Positions 51,474 through 64,000 of a stretch of DNA of 64,000 nucleotides are shown here, piece after piece (position 1 is the first letter of the stretch; each line of letters begins with the position of its first letter). The stretch spans positions 42,348,001 through 42,412,000 of the forward strand of contig CM052816.1 of the NCBI GenBank assembly GCA_028534125.1, written 5' to 3'. The DNA comes from Lama glama (lineage: Eukaryota). Both the position numbers and the translations under genes were made by a program. The notes under the pieces were generated by a model. That model was given only the letters and a program-made list of their open reading frames with translations. It was not told the DNA's origin and did not search any database.

Positions 51474-54249
51474 CGCCCCACACTTGTGCCACTTGTATGC
51501 ACTGGCTTCACATGTTATGTTCTAGGGGAAAGTCCTCCAAGATTCTGATTGGCTTCTTTTTCTGAGGAAGCTGAAAGAGGTTAGTAGGACAAACTCATTG
51601 CAGCTGGTCTCAAGGCTGTCATTGTCTCCCTCCTCGTTACCCATTCTAGAGTCTTCTTATCACAACTAGTACCTTTTCTGGTGTAGGTAGTTTAATTTGT
51701 GGGGTGACCCAGACTTCATCCCTGAGGGGACTGAGTCCCTAGTCATCATACCTTTCTCAGGCCATGACTGATATATTTTTCCATTTACTCTTCAAATTGA
51801 GCAAAGAAATACCAAAAAAATCCCCCAGTGGATCACCTAAGTGCCAAACAGATTTTTCTATACCCTATGATGTAGCAGCAGCCTTGCTGCTTTCTCTTCA
51901 GGATTGATTACCCCTCTCAGGATGGTGACTCCTTGCCTTGACTACTGGGCTCTTGGCCTGAGGAACCTGAAGTGATTGGGTGTAAACATAGTTTAAAGTT
52001 TAACAGGACATAATACTGTCCTTTGATGGAAGTGCCTCTCTTCTGGGAAACAGGATCTCTAAACCCACAGAAGCACAAATTCCCCACTGAGTGGGTCACT
52101 GAGAGAGTTGGTAAATGAGGTTGTCCCTACCTCCAACCCTAGGTCCCTGGATACATGTATCCGGCCTCTTAGACACAAGGAACTATATAATGATGGTTGA
52201 TTGAGGGGCATGCTGCACTTACACTCCATCCTTAAAGGTTATCATCTCCAAGCTGGCACTTCATTTGTCCTTTCACAAGGCATTCTATCACTCTACTAGG
52301 CAGGCAGCTTCTAGAAGTGTGGTGTTTGATAAGGCCAATGGATCTTATGACCATTTATCCACTTTAGCACCTTTGTTGTAGAAAGGACTCTTTGATTTGA
52401 TACAATGTTGTACAAATCCTGTGCTGGTGGACCAAATACTCTCTAGCTGTGGGATAGTGGTGCCAACTGATGCCCTGCAGGAAGATAAGGCAAACCCACA
52501 TCTAAAACATTAGTTGATTCCAGAGTGAGAAGGGTAAAGTGTAATCAAGCTATCACCAATTGCTTGCTATTTGGTATCGTGAGGGATGACTCCATACAGG
52601 GGACTCAGCATTGGTCTCTGTTATAAATGGATTGCTTTTGTCCCCCCCTGTATTCTTATGTTGGAGCCCTATCTCCCCCCACCTCCCCCACAATGTGATG
52701 ATACTAGGAGGTTAGGCCTTTGACAGGTACTAGGATTAGATGAGGCCATGAGAGTGGGGCCCTCATGAATGGTATTGGTGCCCATATAAGATTCACAAAA
52801 GAACTTGCTTCTCTTTTCTGCTCCCTACCATGTAAGGATACAATAAGCTGGCATTTTACAACCTGAAAGAAGGCCTTCACCTGAACTTGACTATGCTGAA
52901 ACCTGATCTCAGACTTTCAACCTCCAACAGAAATAAATTTCTGTTGTTTATAAGTCACCCAGTCCATGGCACTTTGCAATAGCCTCCTGAACTAAGACAG
53001 TGTCTACTGCTGGAATTTGGCCATTCAGCAGCTGCAGTAGCTAGATGAATGTTGTAAAGGAGAGCTCATGCTGATGGGCCCATGTATAGCCTCTTCACTG
53101 CCACCATGGCTATCTGACTTATGTTCCCATTGTGTCAGCAATGAGATGACAATGACAGACTGACTGACGTGAGCTAAGTCATTTGGTCTGCTTGGTTATT
53201 TAGTGCCTCTTCCATGATAATTGCTCTCTGGTGGAGATCAGCGTGTGACATAAGTATCCTTACACTACGTGTCCACTCCCATGTGTCCATCTATATGCTT
53301 CTCTTCGGAACCGTTTATCCTGTTTCTAAGCCTTCTTCCCGTCCCCTAACCAACCAGATAAACCATTTTCCACAGCCTATGAGTTTATAATATTCTTACT
53401 TCAGGCTACTTTTCTTTCCACACACAATAAATAACAAAGACACCACCCAAAACTCTGCTCATTGGGGGGACTTCCTCTCCCCACTGTCTTTCAGGGCCAC
53501 CTCTAAGGGGTGGTGATATAGCAGACTATTTTTGGCTTACATCCACTCATCTATGAATCAAGCTCAGACTTTTTTTTTCTCCTCTGCAAGCTAGTCATAA
53601 GGACCCCTTGTCCCTGCAGCCCTCTGTGTTAGCTGAAAAAGATGTACCAGTGCAACAATGTCAAATAGCATGGGCTTCATTAATGTGCAACTTTTATTTA
53701 TAATTGGTGGCTGCTGAGCTCACAGACTTTAGACTTGGTGGTGTGACCCGAATTCATGGTAGGTAATTCTGGCTGCATGGACATTTAGTCTCGCATGGTC
53801 GAGGGTCCAGTAGTATCCAGGAGCTGTTTATTAAATGGTGTATAATTCTCTACATGGCATGTGCAAGGGGTTCTCAGTGTTTCCTGCTCTCAGCCTGTAG
53901 GAGATGAGTCTCATTATTTGCTGCTAAGAAGGCTCTCTGACTTTCACATTTCCTCTTTGATTGGTAATTAATCATTGCCTTTCTCCAATGCATTAATGAC
54001 ACTCAGCAGGAGCCATCCTATCCCATTGTCCTTATAATTAGTATGTTCACCTCTCAAAAGTCTGAAATGTTGCACCAGCCACTTCATTTCTTCCAGGATT
54101 ATTCCATCCCAGTTCATCATCAGTGAAGGTGTAAACAACTGCATGACCACTTCATGATAGGGATTATCCACCATTGCCAGCCATTTGCACTAACCTAGCT
54201 CCAAAATCCTACTTTAGAGCAGCTTCCTCAGAGCACTTCTGGTACCAAA
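51474..54249 (-). mobile_element. ERV-L internal region, decayed and internally deleted: gag N-terminus, RNase H, integrase and dUTPase remnants
   Basis: Begins tttggtaccagaagtg next to the 5' LTR (ERV-L-type PBS region). gag-like YKDNGIGWLLLSVINALEKGND (53968-54174); integrase-like RPMLSPLYG and GFAL...ASVGTTI (~52440-52618); dUTPase-like VGLEILFP and GVTILRGVINPE (~51900-52075). Confidence 0.85.
52619..52999 (+). mobile_element. MaLR solo LTR (MLT1A-like), complete, inserted in the ERV-L integrase
   Basis: TG...CA termini; gagagtggggccctcatga; aaataaatttctgttgtttataag...aactaagaca; 5-bp TSD gtctc / gtgtc. Confidence 0.92.
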
Positions 54250-54680
54250 TTTCTTAAGTCTTGTTCTCTGGGAAACAGATTCTGAAGGAGATTTGAGTGC
54301 AAAAAGTTTATTGAGGAAGACCCTTGGGATCCACACCTTTGAGGGAATCAAGGAAGTAGGTGTGGACAGAGAGAAAAGTTGAACTTCAGTGCAGTCACAA
54401 AAAGGGATTCTGCTGTGCTGCTGGGTATCTCTGAAACTGGGATGGCCCTTCCTCAAAGCGATGAGATTGAGTCTTAATTCCCCAGACTGAGTAGTCTTTG
54501 TCTGTAGGCTGACCCTGGGAAAGTGGTATAATTTGTGTGAGATAAATCTTTGGCTGAGGGTAATTCCCAGAGAGGGTCTTAGCTTCTGGCCCTTAGCCTC
54601 CAACTTATCCAGTTACTAGGGAAATTAGTGACTTGGTTCTGAAGGGGAGATCTGAGTAGTACACCATAGAGTCCACTATG
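54250..54680 (-). mobile_element. 5' LTR of ERV-L provirus (LTR16/ERV3-16-like)
   Basis: Homologous to 50893-51473; minus-strand AATAAA (tttatt at 54307-54312); abuts the PBS-like ggtaccaaa. Confidence 0.8.
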
Positions 54681-54989
54681 TACTATAAACTCACACTACA
54701 CACTAACTTTTTTTTTAATGAGACCTAAGATAAGGTCAAGAAAAAATCCTCCTTTTTCCTAGATATTTCTAAGCAAAATAAGGTACCCCACCCTTCAAAA
54801 TGCTGAAGACTATTCTTTTACTACAAAGAAAGTACACAAATGATTTCAGTCAAGGACAAGGTCAAGAATTAAGATCTCTCACTACAATGAAACCAAAATA
54901 TAACATCTAACATAGATAAATGTCAGTTCAAAATATTTAATTGCACAAACATAGACCAGAGGAGACCTGATATGATAACATTTCATGTA

Positions 54990-55500
54990 GAGGATATCCA
55001 GGGGGCTTAGTTGTTTCCAAGCTTAATATGTGTCAAGAGTATAAAGGCAACTATCAAGAAAGCAAATGTATTTAGTCTCTATTAATAGAAATATAGTTGC
55101 TAGCAGATGTTATGGTTCTGCCATATATTCCATAATGGATTACCACATCTGGAGAGGTACTCAGTTCTCAACCTCACATTTTAAAAGACACAATTCAAAA
55201 CCAGACTGAGTCCTAAGAATAGCAATCAGAGATCTGAAAATAATGCACTATGGAGAAAAGCTGAAGGGTCTGGGAGTAGTTATTCCAGAAAGAAGAGACC
55301 TCCATGAAGAGGAAGGAAGTTGACTGAATGTATTGGGTCTGGGTTTTTCCAGAAAGAAGGTCTAGGATTTGTGGGTAGAAATTACAGGGAACAGATCTCA
55401 ACTCAATATAATGAAAACCTTTCAAACAATTAGAGCTGTCTGACACCAGAGCTGGCACTGATGGCTCTGCCCTGGAAGTGTCCAAGCCAAGGCTCCCCTC
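54990..55500 (+). mobile_element. L3/CR1 LINE relic
   Basis: aagcttaatatgtgtcaa...aaagcaaatg...ccacatctggag...cacattttaaaag...aacaattagagctgtc...ctggaagtgtccaagc. Confidence 0.7.
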
Positions 55501-57269
55501 AGGGAAGCTGAGGTCTCCCCCAAACACATTCTTCAAAATCTTATTTTTCTAAGATCAGGGGTTAAGAGCTAAGACTATCTCAGGACAGAAAAAAGGTAAA
55601 TTTCCACAAAAGTGGCTAATTTTCCCTTTTCTCCTATGTTTGAACATATATATGTATGTAAAACTCTCCCAAGCTCAGCAATAGGGCAGGAATCCTGCTT
55701 CTATTATTGCCCTTGCCAAGAACAGATGCATGGATAAATAATATCTGAAAGATGAAATGGCCAACAGCTCATTAACAAACTGATACAACTCATATGTTTT
55801 TATCTCTTATCTAGATATGCCTACCCATACTGTTTCTTAAGAACTCCTCAATAAAGTGAGCCATCTGCGTGAATTCAAGCAAACTGTCACCTCCTTGGGG
55901 CCCAGTCCTCCCATCTGGAAATAAATACAAGAGTTGGGGATAAATAATTCTTTAATCTCTTTCAGCCCAAGCAGTCTCATAGCCCAAGAGAAGGAGGCAT
56001 TGTTTTTATTAAGAATGCCTTGAAAGTCATTAGTTTTCCAGAAGCAACTTTTTCTTTTTCTTTTTTTTTTTTTGACTATACAAAGTAGTTGCAGAAGATC
56101 TCCTTCTTATTGAAATTTATGACATAGTAAAACACCTGGAATAAAGCAAAAGATAAAGAACTCCCAAGAAGAAAAATCTCTAAAATAATCAGAGATGTTT
56201 GTTTAGGTTTTGGGTTTTCAGTCATTTTAATCTTTTTCCTGTGAGTTCATAGAAAATTTCAAAAATCAACTGCTCTACGCTAGGTATACATGACTAGGGG
56301 AAGTCAGCTGATTTTAAGAACTTTGTGCTAAAAAGAATATCCACCTAAAAGTGATGCTTTTTTAAAAAAGAGGACATTGAGGAATTTTTTTTTTTTGGTA
56401 GAAAACATGGTAGAATACTATTAAGATTGGAACTGGACTGGGTTTTTTTTTTAAGGACAGGGATGTCATGTTACACATGTGTTTCAAAGGATTTGGATAA
56501 TATTTTAAAAGTTTATCGTCTTATATTTGAATCACAGTTCAACAAAAGAATTAAAATATATATTACCATAGCTGTTATTAAAATTATTTGAAATATAATC
56601 AAAATATCATTAATAACTTTTCATCTGAATCCAAAAAAGAGAAAAAATGTGCTTCCTTTCCATCTAGGAGCAGTAACATAGTTTAGCAGACTGAGGAGCT
56701 GGCTAGAAGGTGAATTTTGGATGGTAACAAAAGGCACATCCCTCCTCAAACATTCACCTTGAATCTAACACAGATCTGAAATGCTTATATTTGTCATTAC
56801 TGTGGGTGCTGGTACTCTGGTCATTGCTAAAATACGGTATACTCTCTGAAAGAACAACACAAATTAGTAACATTTATTTTCAGATAATCAACAGATTAAC
56901 TAGTCATCTAAAATGCTACCCACAAGCAGCTGTTAATCAGCTGCTAAAAAGTAAATGTAATCTTAATCTATATTAATAGAAGTGTAATTTCATAATGAAG
57001 AAAATAAAACCCAGGCAAGGAAAATGTCAAAATAATCTGGGAGAGGGGTGGGAGTAAAGAAGGTGAAAGAAGAAAAGGTTAGAAGGAGAGAGGGGTCCAG
57101 ATGGGAGGACCTAGTGAAGAAGCAGCAAAATGAGAGAGAGTGGGAATTTGGGAGGTAGCATGGAGATTCTGGGCCTTGGAGCTGAAAAAGACGATGCCTG
57201 ACTTGAAGGGCAAATCTTAATGACTTCAAGGATGGGTCCTGTACCCCAATTTAAATCAGGAGTTAGCTA

Positions 57270-57715
57270 ATGTTTGTGAGGTGCTTTGCTCTTTACAAAG
57301 TACTTTCACATTGATGATAATACTTCATCCATCCATCCAACGAGATGGTACCTAACTACTAGCCTCATTTTAAAGATGGAAACTAAGGCTAAGATGAAAT
57401 GATTTGCCCAGATTCACATCAGATCTTTCAACTCCAATCTCACACAGTCATCACACGCCAGATAGCAGCTTCTAGATGGTTTTTGGTTTATTTTACCGAC
57501 TTTGAAGAAAAGGGACTAGTTAGAAATAAACAGTACTGAACTACACCACACTTTATACATTTCAAAATGCTTTCACATACAGTCTATTGTTTGCTTCTCA
57601 GGAACTGTTATCCCCATTTTATAGATTAAGAAAACTATGACACAGAATAACTCCAAATTCTAGGGGAAATCACTGATGTGGAACTAAAAGTCAAGTCCAC
57701 CAAGTCTTGCTCTTC
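57270..57715 (-). mobile_element. Two MIR relics (~57270-57450, ~57545-57715)
   Basis: tttacaaagtactttcaca...cattttaaagatggaaactaaggct; atccccattttatagattaagaaaact. Confidence 0.65.
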
Positions 57716-57793
57716 CTACACCACCATGCTGGGTCTCTGTCCCAGTCTTTGCAAAGCTGATCTCAGGACTGGGCCATGATTAGTGAGACTTAC

Positions 57794-57893
57794 AGAAAAG
57801 AAGACTGGAAGGAAAAGCAAAAAAACCGCAGGACACACAGAAATCAAATAGGATCCCCTAGTCAGAGTTACATTAAACTGGTTTGAAAAAGAC
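57794..57893 (-). other. Candidate internal exon (100 nt)
   Basis: Acceptor attttaatttacag|G and donor TCT|gtaagt; unique island between MIRs and an L1; one open frame (SFSNQFNVTLTRGSYLISVCPAVFLLFLPVFFS), not recognised. Confidence 0.4.
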
Positions 57894-58049
57894 CTGTAAA
57901 TTAAAATATTCATACAAGAACAATAATAAGTGCTTTGGAAAGGGAAAAAATAAAGTCTCTGCTAAAATCACTGTATGGTTTTCCTATAACTGTTGGCCAC
58001 ACCACCAAGAAATGCAATATCAAATATCAACACATGTTAAGAATAAACC

Positions 58050-58442
58050 ATATCTTTAAAAACTGATACAGATGAACTTACTTACAAAACAGAAATAAAC
58101 TTACAGACATAGAAAACAAACTTTGGTTACAAAAGAGGAAAGAGGGGAGGGATAAATTTGGACTTTGAGATTAACATATACACACAACTATATATAAAAT
58201 AGATAAACAAGGACCTACTGTATAGCACAGGGAGCTATATTCACTACCTTATAATAAACTGTAATGGACAAGAATCTGAAAAAGAATATATATATGTGTG
58301 TGTGTGTATATGTATGTATATATATACACGCATATATATAACTGAATCACTTTGCTGTACACCTGAAACATTGTGTATCTGTTATACTTCAATAAAAAAG
58401 TTAAAATTAAAAAAGCAAAGAAAAAAACAAAATGAACAAAAA
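58050..58442 (+). mobile_element. L1 3' UTR end (artiodactyl type), 5'-truncated, with internal (TA/TG)n and A tail
   Basis: acaaggacctactgtatagcacaggg...actgaatcactttgctgtacacctgaaac; TSD aagaataaacc at 58039-58049 and 58443-58453. Confidence 0.93.
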
Positions 58443-59129
58443 AAGAATAAACCCCAACAACTGCACAGATAAGAGGCATGATGACCTCCATTTGAGCTCC
58501 CAAAATAATTATTTCTACAGCTGTACTGCAGGTGGGGGAAGGCGTCTTGATATCACAGACTAGAGAAATCTTTTTACTGACTATGCTCATCATACATGTG
58601 GCAGACAATTTGTACGTATTTTACTTTTATAGGGCCCTGAGTAAATATTTCCAGAAAAACTGAATAACATTTGAATAAGATTTCATTTATTACAGCTGAC
58701 ATATTTCCCTTTTTGAGCTCCCTGTTTTGTGCTATTTTATCTTCAGTAACAGATGAAAATGTATTTGTGAAAAGTCGTAAGTGATACTAATAATTTGCTG
58801 TTACTCTTCTTTAAGATGAAGACTGCTTATGTCATGCTGCAGTTGGATTACTGATTTTTAAAACTGCAAAATAAAGACCTGGGAAATAATTAGCTCAGCA
58901 ACTCTTGACCTCAGTTTAGTAATGCAGCCTTTCTACATCTCACACCAGGATATCTGCAATTATTTCAAACTCTATTATGGAATTTTTCCAAAAGCCTCAA
59001 AATAAAGCAAAAACAAAACCCAAAAAAGTTGCAAAACTCTTAAGAGATAAAGTGGCAAAAGATTGTCACAAAATTGAATTATTGGTAATGAATGGAAGTC
59101 TAAAAAGAAATCTGGAGGTCACTGATTTA

Positions 59130-59295
59130 GACCAGTGGCTCTCAGCCTTGGCTGAACAGTAGATCCACTGGGAGTTTTTTTTCAATCGTAACATGAAGGG
59201 TACACCTCAGATGAATCTCTGGGTATAAGATCCAGGTGTATTTTTTTCAGGTTCCCCAGGAGATCTCAATATACAACCAAGGTTGGAAACAACTA
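59130..59295. mobile_element. MER5-type DNA transposon
   Basis: accagtggctctcagccttggctg...atacaaccaaggttggaaacaact. Confidence 0.7.
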
Positions 59296-59749
59296 GAATA
59301 GAACCATTCAAAGACTAGATCCTTAAAATGGTGCTATCTTCAATTAGGTTTGGGGGAAGGAGAAGTATGAGAAATGAAGTAAGAGCTAGCTGAATCACTT
59401 CCTCACAATATGACTAAGCCAAGTCTTCAATTCTGAATCTCGAGACTTCCTCAGGAGGCTGTCATGAAGAAAAAATTAAATGAGAGAACACGTGAAAGCA
59501 TCTCGCCCACTACTTGTCACATGAAAAGCACTGAATACGTCTTCCTTCCCTCCTCTTCTATCTCCCCAAGTGTTTTAGGTAAGCACTACTTCTGACCAAA
59601 TGGATTAGGGAGAAATAGATCTAAACACAGGCACAACTGTTTCCAAAGAACTTTTAGGCAAATACAACTACAATTGCTTTTTTTGCCAATAACAGAACAG
59701 AAGTATGCACAGTCTTCAGTTCACTAATGACTCCCATGCCAAAAGCTCA

Positions 59750-60680
59750 TCTAAAAATTGGTTGTTTGAAGCAAAAATGAGATGCCATATTTTGCCAGTT
59801 GGCTAAACCAAAAGATTGATAATCATCGATAATCATCAATGTTGGCAAGAACGCAGGAAAAGAAGGCTGTGAAAATGTAAATGAGTACAACCTTTTTTTG
59901 GAGAACACTTTGGCAGTATCTGTCAAAAATTTAAACATACATACTCTCCCATCCAACTAATCTGTTTCTGGGCACCTATCCTAGAGACCTACCTGCACAA
60001 ACCTACAGAAAAAGATTTTGTTTGGGGGGTTGTTTTTCTTTCACGGCACGTATGACTTTCTGAAATTCTTTGTTTGCAGTCCATCTTCACACCAGAAGGT
60101 AAACTCTTGTGGGAAGAGGTTCTACCGTCTTGCTCACCAGGGGCCACGTTATTGTCATATTAGCTGCCCACAATGTCATGCTGTTGGAAACATATATCTC
60201 TTTGGTTTCTGATGCACTATCTCCATCAATCCATTCCTGGTTCTATTTATTTTATTCATTTTAATTTAAATAATATAGAAACACTCATGAATATACCTCT
60301 AACCCAAAAAAATGATATGAACAATAACTAATACCTACTTAAATGTTCTCCCCATGGCATCCTCAGTGTGCTCCTCACCCTCACCACCTCAGGGGTAACT
60401 ACCATTCTGAACTTGGTGTTTATTGTTCCTTTGGCTTTTTTTAAGTGTTACAAAAATGGTATTGTACTATGTATAGTTTTCTGGGATTTTCTTTTTTCAC
60501 TAGTATTTTGTGACAGATTCATCTGGGGTGTTGTGTATATTTATACTCATTCATTACAAGCAAATTGTGAGAATTACCTATACACACTTATCTATTCTCC
60601 TAGAGTTGGCATTTTTGTGTTTCCATTTTGGGGCTATTAAGAACAGTGGTACTAGGCACACTCTTCCTGACATTTTTATA
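59750..60680. mobile_element. Old L1M fragments in opposite orientations (+ ~59750-60010; - ~60245-60680) separated by an L2 end
   Basis: aatgtaaatgagtacaacctttttggaga...ttggcagtatct; aggggtaactaccattctgaacttggtgtttatt...tttccattttggggctatta. Confidence 0.7.
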
Positions 60681-62049
60681 GCACCAGGTCGACTTCTGGC
60701 AGGAAATCTGGCTGCCATCCACTGTAACCCTTAACCCCATCACCCACAAGAATCATTGATGGGCTCCCCTCATAGGTCAAATTTCTCTCCCCACTCCCTC
60801 CCTCACCCAGACAAGTTCAAGGGAGGGAACTCATAAAAGGGGCATGCACTCCCTTTAAAAGGCAGCTCTTGGCAGCCAACATTTAGTGACAAAACTGGCT
60901 CCTTTCAGAATTATCCTGCTACCTCCTACCCCTGACTGGCTGATGACTTTGCCCACCTGCCAGAATTTTAAAGATATTTTTAATTGAAAAACAAATTTCT
61001 GGACACTTCGATTTCAACACTTTATTATCATCATTTCAAAAACTTAACTGCTAAGAGAATATTAGCTACTGATATTAACTCCCACAGACATTCTTGTTTA
61101 GCACTTATACTTGACATCTAATGCCACAAAATGCACAGAGGGACTCCTTGATTGGTAAACACACATGTAAACACGTGTGCACATGCACACACACACACAC
61201 ACAATAGCCTAAATAAAAATTCCAGTATCAATAGCTACTTACAACCTATTTTATTTCCTTACTAAGTTCTGACATAAAAGATTTAGAGCAATTTAGAAAA
61301 AGAAGAAAGAATAACCCATGTCTTGTCTTCAATTGTTTTTGGGGGGGGGTTGGTTTTTTTACTTACTTTAGAATAGTGCCCAAGTCATTTGTAATGCCTT
61401 TGTCAATACTACTTTGGTCTTATCAGTATTTTATGATCTTTTCTGTTGTTCCCATTGTACAAAGACCTCAAATTACAGAAATCATGTCTTTTTAGGTTTT
61501 TTAAAACTTTCTGCCTCTTCCCAGGAAAGAGAAAACAAGAGAGACTGTCAATTACAGACCATCTAACTAAAAATATCCTTGTAGATAATCACCAGCCCCA
61601 CCTTGCACCTTTCTGTTCAGACTACAGGTGTTAAGTGCTAAGGTATGTGTTTTGCTTAAACCATGGCCTCAAATTCTTAAATACACAGTCACCAGTCCTG
61701 CTCTCCACCACAGCCTAAATCCTCTGCATCCAGGAGCATTCTTTGATCTTTGCCTCCTACTCAGCTCCTCCACACATTTAGCCCCTGACTTTCCATCCTA
61801 CCTCAGCTCCTTCCCTTTCAGTAGCCCCTTCCTCAGTTCTGCACGGTTACAACAGGGAACAATGGTGGAAGACACCTAGCCAGCCAACTACCTTCAACCC
61901 CAAGAGGACTGGAGCGCTACTCAAGGATCCCTTCTGGAGCCCACATGTGATCAACTCACTGTTCCTGGGGCCTCAGACAACTCAGTAAAATTAAGTCTAC
62001 TCTCTTGCCCCATGGCCACTGCCAGTCTCTTTACAAAGACTATTGAGAT

Positions 62050-63800
62050 CATCAGCGTGAACTTCCTCTACATCTCACACCTCCCCTGCCCACACTTTCA
62101 TCTATTTTTATCTGTACCCATATGTGCCAGCTTTCTTCTCATTCCAGAGGAAATGACCTCCCTTTTTTAGTTCCTAACTAATTCCTTCACCTGTGCTGGC
62201 AAATTCCATGCCTCCCACACAGTTCAGAATCACCCTTATTCTTTCTCTCTCTAGCTTGGTTACTTCCCTGAACACCTAAGAATTCATTTGTAAAACCAAC
62301 AAACAAAATTCCATCATCTCTATTTTTCTCCTTCCCCTCACTAAAAGGACAGAGGGCAGTTCCACCCCATGTTGACTTCTTACCTCCTGTCCACTCTTCC
62401 ACAGACTGCAGTGTGGATTCCAGACCTTACATTCCACTCAAGGGTCTCTCGTAAGACTGTAACACCACCCTCACACCCCACCCCCAGTTGCTAAATCCAA
62501 TGCATTTTTTTTCTCCATGCAAACTTTAGCTGACCTCTTTGTGACAGGTAACACTATTAAGCACTTCCTTCCTCTTGAAATTTTCTTCTCTTGACTTACA
62601 ATTCCTGCTTCTCCTCTTAACATGTATAACCATTTTCCTTTTCTCATCCCCCCTTTTTTGCCTCTTGTTCTGTTGTTGTACTCTTAAAATGCTCATGCTC
62701 CTATGGCACTAACCTTGGCCTTCTAACTCATTACTCAGAGCGTATTTTCCTTAGAAAGTTCCACCTCCTCATCTTGGAGCCCCAACTCCCAATTCTTCCA
62801 TAGAGCTACAGACCCATATAGCCAGCTGTCTTCTGGGCATCCAAAGGGTAACAAATCCCACACTGAGTTCATAATTCCCTTCATTCCCAACCTACCCACC
62901 CCAAACCACTAACTTGACCCTCTTGATTTCTCTTTCTAATGAAAGGAATCACCATCTGCTTAATCCCACCCATGTAGGATCCCTGGGAATATGACAGCTC
63001 TCCCACATTCATTCAATCTGTCCCTGAGGCTTATACAATCAACCTCCTTAACATCATTGCCATCTATTCCCTCCCTCTCCATTCCCATTGCTTCTGCCTT
63101 AATTCAGACTCTTTTCATCATTAAAAATGAGTAAGAACTATGTTTGCTGAGAGCACTATATGCTGGGAACTTAACATACACAATAATCACAAAGAAGAAT
63201 AATGTACAAAGGTACTATTATCCATATTTTTACAGATGAAAAAATTAAGACCCAGAGAAGAAAAACAGCCTCCCAAGCTCACACAGTCCAGAAGTGGCAG
63301 AGCCAGGGTCTATCCAAATTTAAGTCTTCCTAGCTCCAAAGTTCACAACTTCTCTTCCATTTTATTAACCTCCTGTGGCAATAGCTTTCTAACTGGTTTC
63401 CCTACATCTTGTCTCACATTCCAAGTCCAATCCAATCTACGATGCAGACAAAACCAGTGTTCCTTTTTTAAAAATTAGTTTTATTGTGAAAATAACACAT
63501 ATTCAGAAAATGTTTACAAAATAAGGGCAGCTTAAATTATTATAAAGTCATCTTTCTAAAATGCAAATCTAATTTTATTTCTGACATTTTCCTAACCTTT
63601 TCAAAGTCTCTCTGCTGCCCTTTGGGTAAAATGAAACCTTAGCAAAGTGCAGAGCGTCCTCCAGGATGTCACTTCAGCCTCATCTCCTGCCAGGCCAGAT
63701 ATCCCACCCTCCACTCCAGCCTCACAGGCTGCATCTCCATGCTCTGGACTTTGATCTTACCTGGATCCCAACAAAGAATCTGAGGTGTGTTCCTCTCTAC
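62050..63800 (+). mobile_element. Long decayed L2 LINE interrupted by a minus-strand MIR (~63135-63350)
   Basis: ttgctaaatccaatg...ctagacccatatagccagctg...ttccctccctctccattcccattgc...taactggtttccct; MIR core tttttacagatgaaaaaattaag. Confidence 0.7.
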
Positions 63801-64000
63801 TCCTTGCTTTACCCCCTACATTAGATACCTCTTTTGCTTTTCAGAAATTATGTCTGACTGCTCTTTTCAGAAGATGCTGTATCTATAGAGAAAAGGACTC
63901 TTGGCAACATTGCAGGGCCAAAGCAGTGCAACTCATAAAAGGCTTCAGTGTTCACATGGACCATCAGAACCAGTGAAGTTCTGACATATGTAAGACATGT

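Noticed and set aside
54214..54603. 129-aa minus-strand ORF
   Set aside because: Lies within the ERV-L LTR and has no protein-like features.
59818..59837. Short tandem duplications (gataatcatc x2 here; ttgcatgtac x2 at ~50821; agtatatttgaa x2 at ~7995)
   Set aside because: Ordinary slippage micro-duplications with no array or spacer structure; nothing CRISPR-like.

Overview
Mammalian, AT-rich, CpG-depleted, repeat-dense non-coding DNA. The species is very probably a camelid (alpaca/llama/camel), because six copies of a tRNA-Ala-derived SINE resembling camelid Vic-1 are present alongside artiodactyl-type L1 3' ends. I found no intact protein-coding gene, CpG island, RNA gene or CRISPR array. 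The supplied ORFs are transposon fragments (L1 ORF2, ERV-L gag) or chance ORFs. Most recognisable sequence is interspersed repeat: one relatively young 5'-truncated L1, older L1M pieces, many MIR and L2 relics, an L3/CR1 relic, MaLR (MLT1) and ERV-L LTRs, and MER5/MER8/MER102-type DNA transposons. The most structured object is an ancient, internally deleted ERV-L provirus (50893-54680, minus strand) that keeps both LTRs and gag, RNase H, integrase and dUTPase remnants, with two later insertions inside it. Several minus-strand segments with good splice sites, plus an apparent A>T and C>G skew on the + strand (judged by eye), suggest the window lies in the 5' introns of a large minus-strand gene that I could not identify. 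I did not find a convincing undescribed biological system; the findings are modest leads. Repeat family names come from recalled consensus motifs, and boundaries of old repeats are approximate.
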